DNA of 64,000 nucleotides from an uncultured delta proteobacterium (GTDB lineage Bacteria; Myxococcota_A; Polyangia; Polyangiales; Polyangiaceae): NCBI GenBank assembly GCA_963841435.1, contig CAWJCS010000005.1, positions 864,001 to 928,000 of the forward strand, read 5' to 3'. Shown piece by piece: positions 61,020 to 64,000 of this stretch (position 1 is its first letter; each line of letters starts with the position of its first letter). The notes under the pieces were generated by a model. It saw only the letters and a program-made list of their open reading frames with translations, ran no database searches and was not told where the DNA came from. The position numbers and the translations under genes were made by a program.

Positions 61020-61277
61020 GTCTGCGAGGTCCTTTCGCCTGGCACGAGCCGCATGGATCGCACCCGGAAGCTGCCCATCTATGCGCGCGTCGGCGTGCCT
61101 CATCTCTGGCTCCTCGACCCCTTGTTGGAGACGCTCGAGGTGTTCGCCTTGCAGGACGGCCGCTGGGTGCTGCTCGGAACGCACGGCGGTGACGAGTCCG
61201 TGAGGGCCATGCCGTTCGACGAGGTGGTCATCAACTTGAGCAGGCGGTGGGGTCGCGGCATGGAAGTTTCGCGGTAG
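61020..61277 (+). pseudogene. Uma2 family endonuclease, C-terminal fragment
   Basis: VCEVLSPGT..DRTRKLPIYARVGVPHLWLLDP. Confidence 0.8.
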
Positions 61278-61500
61278 GGGCGGCCGGTGGAGAAGGTGCT
61301 GAGACGCAGCGCAAGTGGATTCGGCACCACGCCGCCCGTCACCGACACCCCGCGCCACCCCGTGCACCAGCGTGCGTCTCCTCCGCGGCCGCCCGCACCT
61401 CCGCGAGGACGGACGCTTGGAGGAGATGAGCAATGGCTGAAGCGCATCGAGCAGCGCGGCGGCGACCCAACCGCCGCCTGCGCCGAGCTCGCTTTACGAG

Positions 61501-62382
61501 CTAATCGCCGACGAACGGCGGATCGCCCGGGGAGCGGTAGCGATCGAGGGGGCTCCGCTCTGCGTCGCTGCCGTAGTAGCGACCGTTGCCTTCGAGCTCG
61601 CCGAACAGGAGGAACAGCGGGGTGCGGGCGCCGGCGGCGGGTGGCTTCATGCCCATCTCGGCGGGCGACTTCCCCTGCGCCTTCGCGTAATCGCGCGTCA
61701 GATCGGTCTCGATGAACCCGGGGGTGCAAGCGTTGATACGAAGCCCCGGATGCTGCCGCGCCAAGAGCAGCATGTAGCTGTTCGTGCAGGCCTTGGACAA
61801 GCCGTACGCACTGCCATCGCCGAGCCCACGCTCGGCGAACGCCGCCTTGTCACCTTCGATCGCCAGACACTCGTCGAGCAACGCCTGGATGCTCGCCCAC
61901 TCGACCGCCTGGTCCAAAAAGAAACGCTGCCGCTCGGGGCTGCACGCCGCGACGAAGTTCGGACCGGCCGCGGACGTGACGTTGACGATGCGCCCGCGCG
62001 AGGCATCGACGAGCGGCAGGAACGCCTCGCACACCCGCCGCACCCCGAGCGTGTTCACCTCGAGCACCGCCTTCAGCCTGCCGCGCCCGACGCCCGCATT
62101 GTTGACGATCCCGTAGAGCGGCGCGGGACTCCGCCCGAAGCGCGCCCCCGTCTCCTCCGCGGCGCGCGCCACGCTCTGGTCGCTCGTCACGTCGAGCTCG
62201 ACCACGCTTGTCCGGTCGGACCACGCTGGATGGCTCAAAACGAGCCCCTCGGCCGCCGCCCGCCCGCGCTCGGCGCTGCGCGACCCGAGCAGCACGAAAG
62301 TGTCGTCGTGCTCGTCGAGGATGGCGGCCACGATCGCGAGCCCGATGCCCTTGTTTGCGCCGGTAACGAGGATTCGTCTCAT
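61501..62382 (-). CDS. SDR family oxidoreductase (carbonyl reductase-like)
   Basis: TGANKGIG, NNAG, YGLSK, PGFIETDL. Confidence 0.92.
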   Translation of the reverse strand: MRRILVTGANKGIGLAIVAAILDEHDDTFVLLGSRSAERGRAAAEGLVLSHPAWSDRTSVVELDVTSDQSVARAAEETGARFGRSPAPLYGIVNNAGVGRGRLKAVLEVNTLGVRRVCEAFLPLVDASRGRIVNVTSAAGPNFVAACSPERQRFFLDQAVEWASIQALLDECLAIEGDKAAFAERGLGDGSAYGLSKACTNSYMLLLARQHPGLRINACTPGFIETDLTRDYAKAQGKSPAEMGMKPPAAGARTPLFLLFGELEGNGRYYGSDAERSPLDRYRSPGDPPFVGD

Positions 62383-62555
62383 GAAAACGGCTCTCCTTCG
62401 AGGTGGCTGCGAACGCTACCACGGCTGTCTCTTCCGCTCGAATCACGCCGCCGGCGGCGGCGGGCGCCATTGCGCCGGCCGAGCGAACGCGAGGTCGGCG
62501 TCTGCTGAAAACGGGAGTCGGGCGGCGTGCCTCTGCCGGGTGACGACGCCCGCGT

Positions 62556-63086
62556 TCAGTCGGGATGGTCGGCAGCCTCAGCGCAACCCGTTCGCCTGAG
62601 GATACGCAATACGCGTCCGTCGCGGCCGCCATATCGGACGCAGGACAGGTCTTGATACCGAAAGACGCGCAGCACGCGGCGAAGCTCAGTCGCGCCGGAG
62701 GGCTGACGTGCGACGACACAGCTGCTTTTGCCTTCCCGGAAGAGGTCGGGGGCGTATGTCCAAGGAACCCCGCAATCTAGGCAACACGTGGCATCGACGT
62801 AGACAGCTGATGGGTCGCCCGACACGTCATTGGTGAGCGCCCGAACTTCGCGAGTCGGCGCGCGTGGAGCTCGCATGCCGACGACGGCGGAAACGATGGC
62901 GAGAACCACGGAAATTGACGAGAGGACGAACCAGATCTGTGCGTGGCGATGAAATCGATCCGGATCCGCTGCACCGGCCACCGCGAAGCTCCCATTCTGC
63001 AGAGCCCCCAAGAAACAATAGGCGGCCGTCAGCACGAACCCAAGGGCCGCGAGAAGGGCTTTCGAGAACCGAGTCACCGAGACCAA
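62556..63086 (-). CDS. Membrane protein fused to a ferredoxin-like segment
   Basis: Two hydrophobic helices, then YVDATCCLDCG..YAPDLF...VARQP. Confidence 0.45.
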   Translation of the reverse strand: MVSVTRFSKALLAALGFVLTAAYCFLGALQNGSFAVAGAADPDRFHRHAQIWFVLSSISVVLAIVSAVVGMRAPRAPTREVRALTNDVSGDPSAVYVDATCCLDCGVPWTYAPDLFREGKSSCVVARQPSGATELRRVLRVFRYQDLSCVRYGGRDGRVLRILRRTGCAEAADHPD

Positions 63087-63282
63087 ATCCTACCGCGAGC
63101 GAGAAAACTCGTCCGCCCAACTCCGCGGCCGCCCGCAGCCCGAAGGGCGAGGACGGACGCTTGGAGGAGACCGCAGACGCGCAGGCGGCCACGCGTCGAT
63201 ATCCCGGGCCCGCGCGGCGACCCGAACGATCGTGGCGTATCGCTGGGCAGCGAGGCCGAAGTGATCCGCCACCCGCGTCTGA

Positions 63283-64000
63283 CTACGGAGACGCAGGCGC
63301 TTCGCAGGGAACCAGGCGGCCCAATCTCGGGGGATCGACCCTGATCATGGCCTCGGCCCACAGCCTCCCGGTGGTTCCGAGGTTGAGCTCGATGGAGGGC
63401 CTCCCACCGTCGGCGGTAAGACGGATCACGGACGGCGGGATCACGACCTCGGTGTCCCATGCCATGGCGCTTCCGCCACCGAACGAGACTGCCGCCGCGT
63501 AGTCGATGCCGGCGCCGGTCAGGTCGATGCGGTACCCGCCGCCACCGAATTCCTCGTAGCAGCCGGCGGCACTGGGGACCGCGATCAGATGGCCGTCGCA
63601 GTCGATGATCGCCCCCTGGACGAAGCCCGTCTCGTAGCAGACGTACTGATAGGGCATGGTGTCGGGGCAGTCGACGAACTCGGCCTGTGCCACGGTCCCG
63701 TCGGGCGCAAGATGCACCTTCAAGGCGACGTAGCCGTTGCCGGTCGTAGAGCGCTTCAGCGTCAGGAGCTGACGTCCCTCGTCGAAGGATTCCTGGTCGT
63801 ACGTGCCCTCGACGATCGAGTAGACGTCGTCGCCCGAGCGCTCGATGCGAGCGGATTCGCCGTCGTGCGCGATCAACCAGCAGCGCTCGGCGATCGCGGG
63901 AGGGTTAGTTGCGTCGCCACCTGCTCCCCCGGCCGCTCCGCCGACACCGGCCGCTGCAGCGACACCGGCCGCCCCAACCGCTCCGCCCGCCCCAACCGCT
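63283..64000 (-). CDS. Secreted/lipoprotein-like protein (5' end beyond window)
   Basis: Frame is open to the window edge through a Gly/Ala-rich linker. Confidence 0.6.
   Translation of the reverse strand, partial: AVGAGGAVGAAGVAAAAGVGGAAGGAGGDATNPPAIAERCWLIAHDGESARIERSGDDVYSIVEGTYDQESFDEGRQLLTLKRSTTGNGYVALKVHLAPDGTVAQAEFVDCPDTMPYQYVCYETGFVQGAIIDCDGHLIAVPSAAGCYEEFGGGGYRIDLTGAGIDYAAAVSFGGGSAMAWDTEVVIPPSVIRLTADGGRPSIELNLGTTGRLWAEAMIRVDPPRLGRLVPCEAPASP

Overview
High-GC window with Gly-rich lipoproteins; it looks myxobacterial (Polyangiaceae-like), which is an inference. It is an accessory region dense in mobile DNA and gene fragments. Mobile elements: an IS3 carrying nested IS4 and IS30; an IS66 inside another IS66; a three-gene TG..CA transposon (Zn-finger, DDE, ExeA-like ATPase); truncated IS21 and IS4; an IS2-like IS3; and several IS91-family rolling-circle transposase remnants. 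Cargo: AraC/TetR modules, three toxin-antitoxin pairs, a partly deleted glycan-modification cluster, an M20 peptidase, CorA and an SDR. Three things stand out. (1) A ~92-105 bp non-coding hairpin element with sharp ends (CAGCGGTCCGGCC...GCGTTTGCTTCGCCTAT) recurs at junctions between unrelated gene fragments and resembles a non-autonomous IS91/ISCR-type element. (2) A PlpX-like radical SAM/SPASM enzyme lies next to a Zn-ribbon, lipobox, Gly-rich protein with two XYG motifs, a candidate tyramine-excision (splicease) system. (3) An RHS toxin locus has orphan cassettes that start at the same nucleotide behind a shared non-coding element. Several 1-bp indels in short base runs may be sequencing errors. 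All family calls come from motif recognition by eye; no database searches were run.
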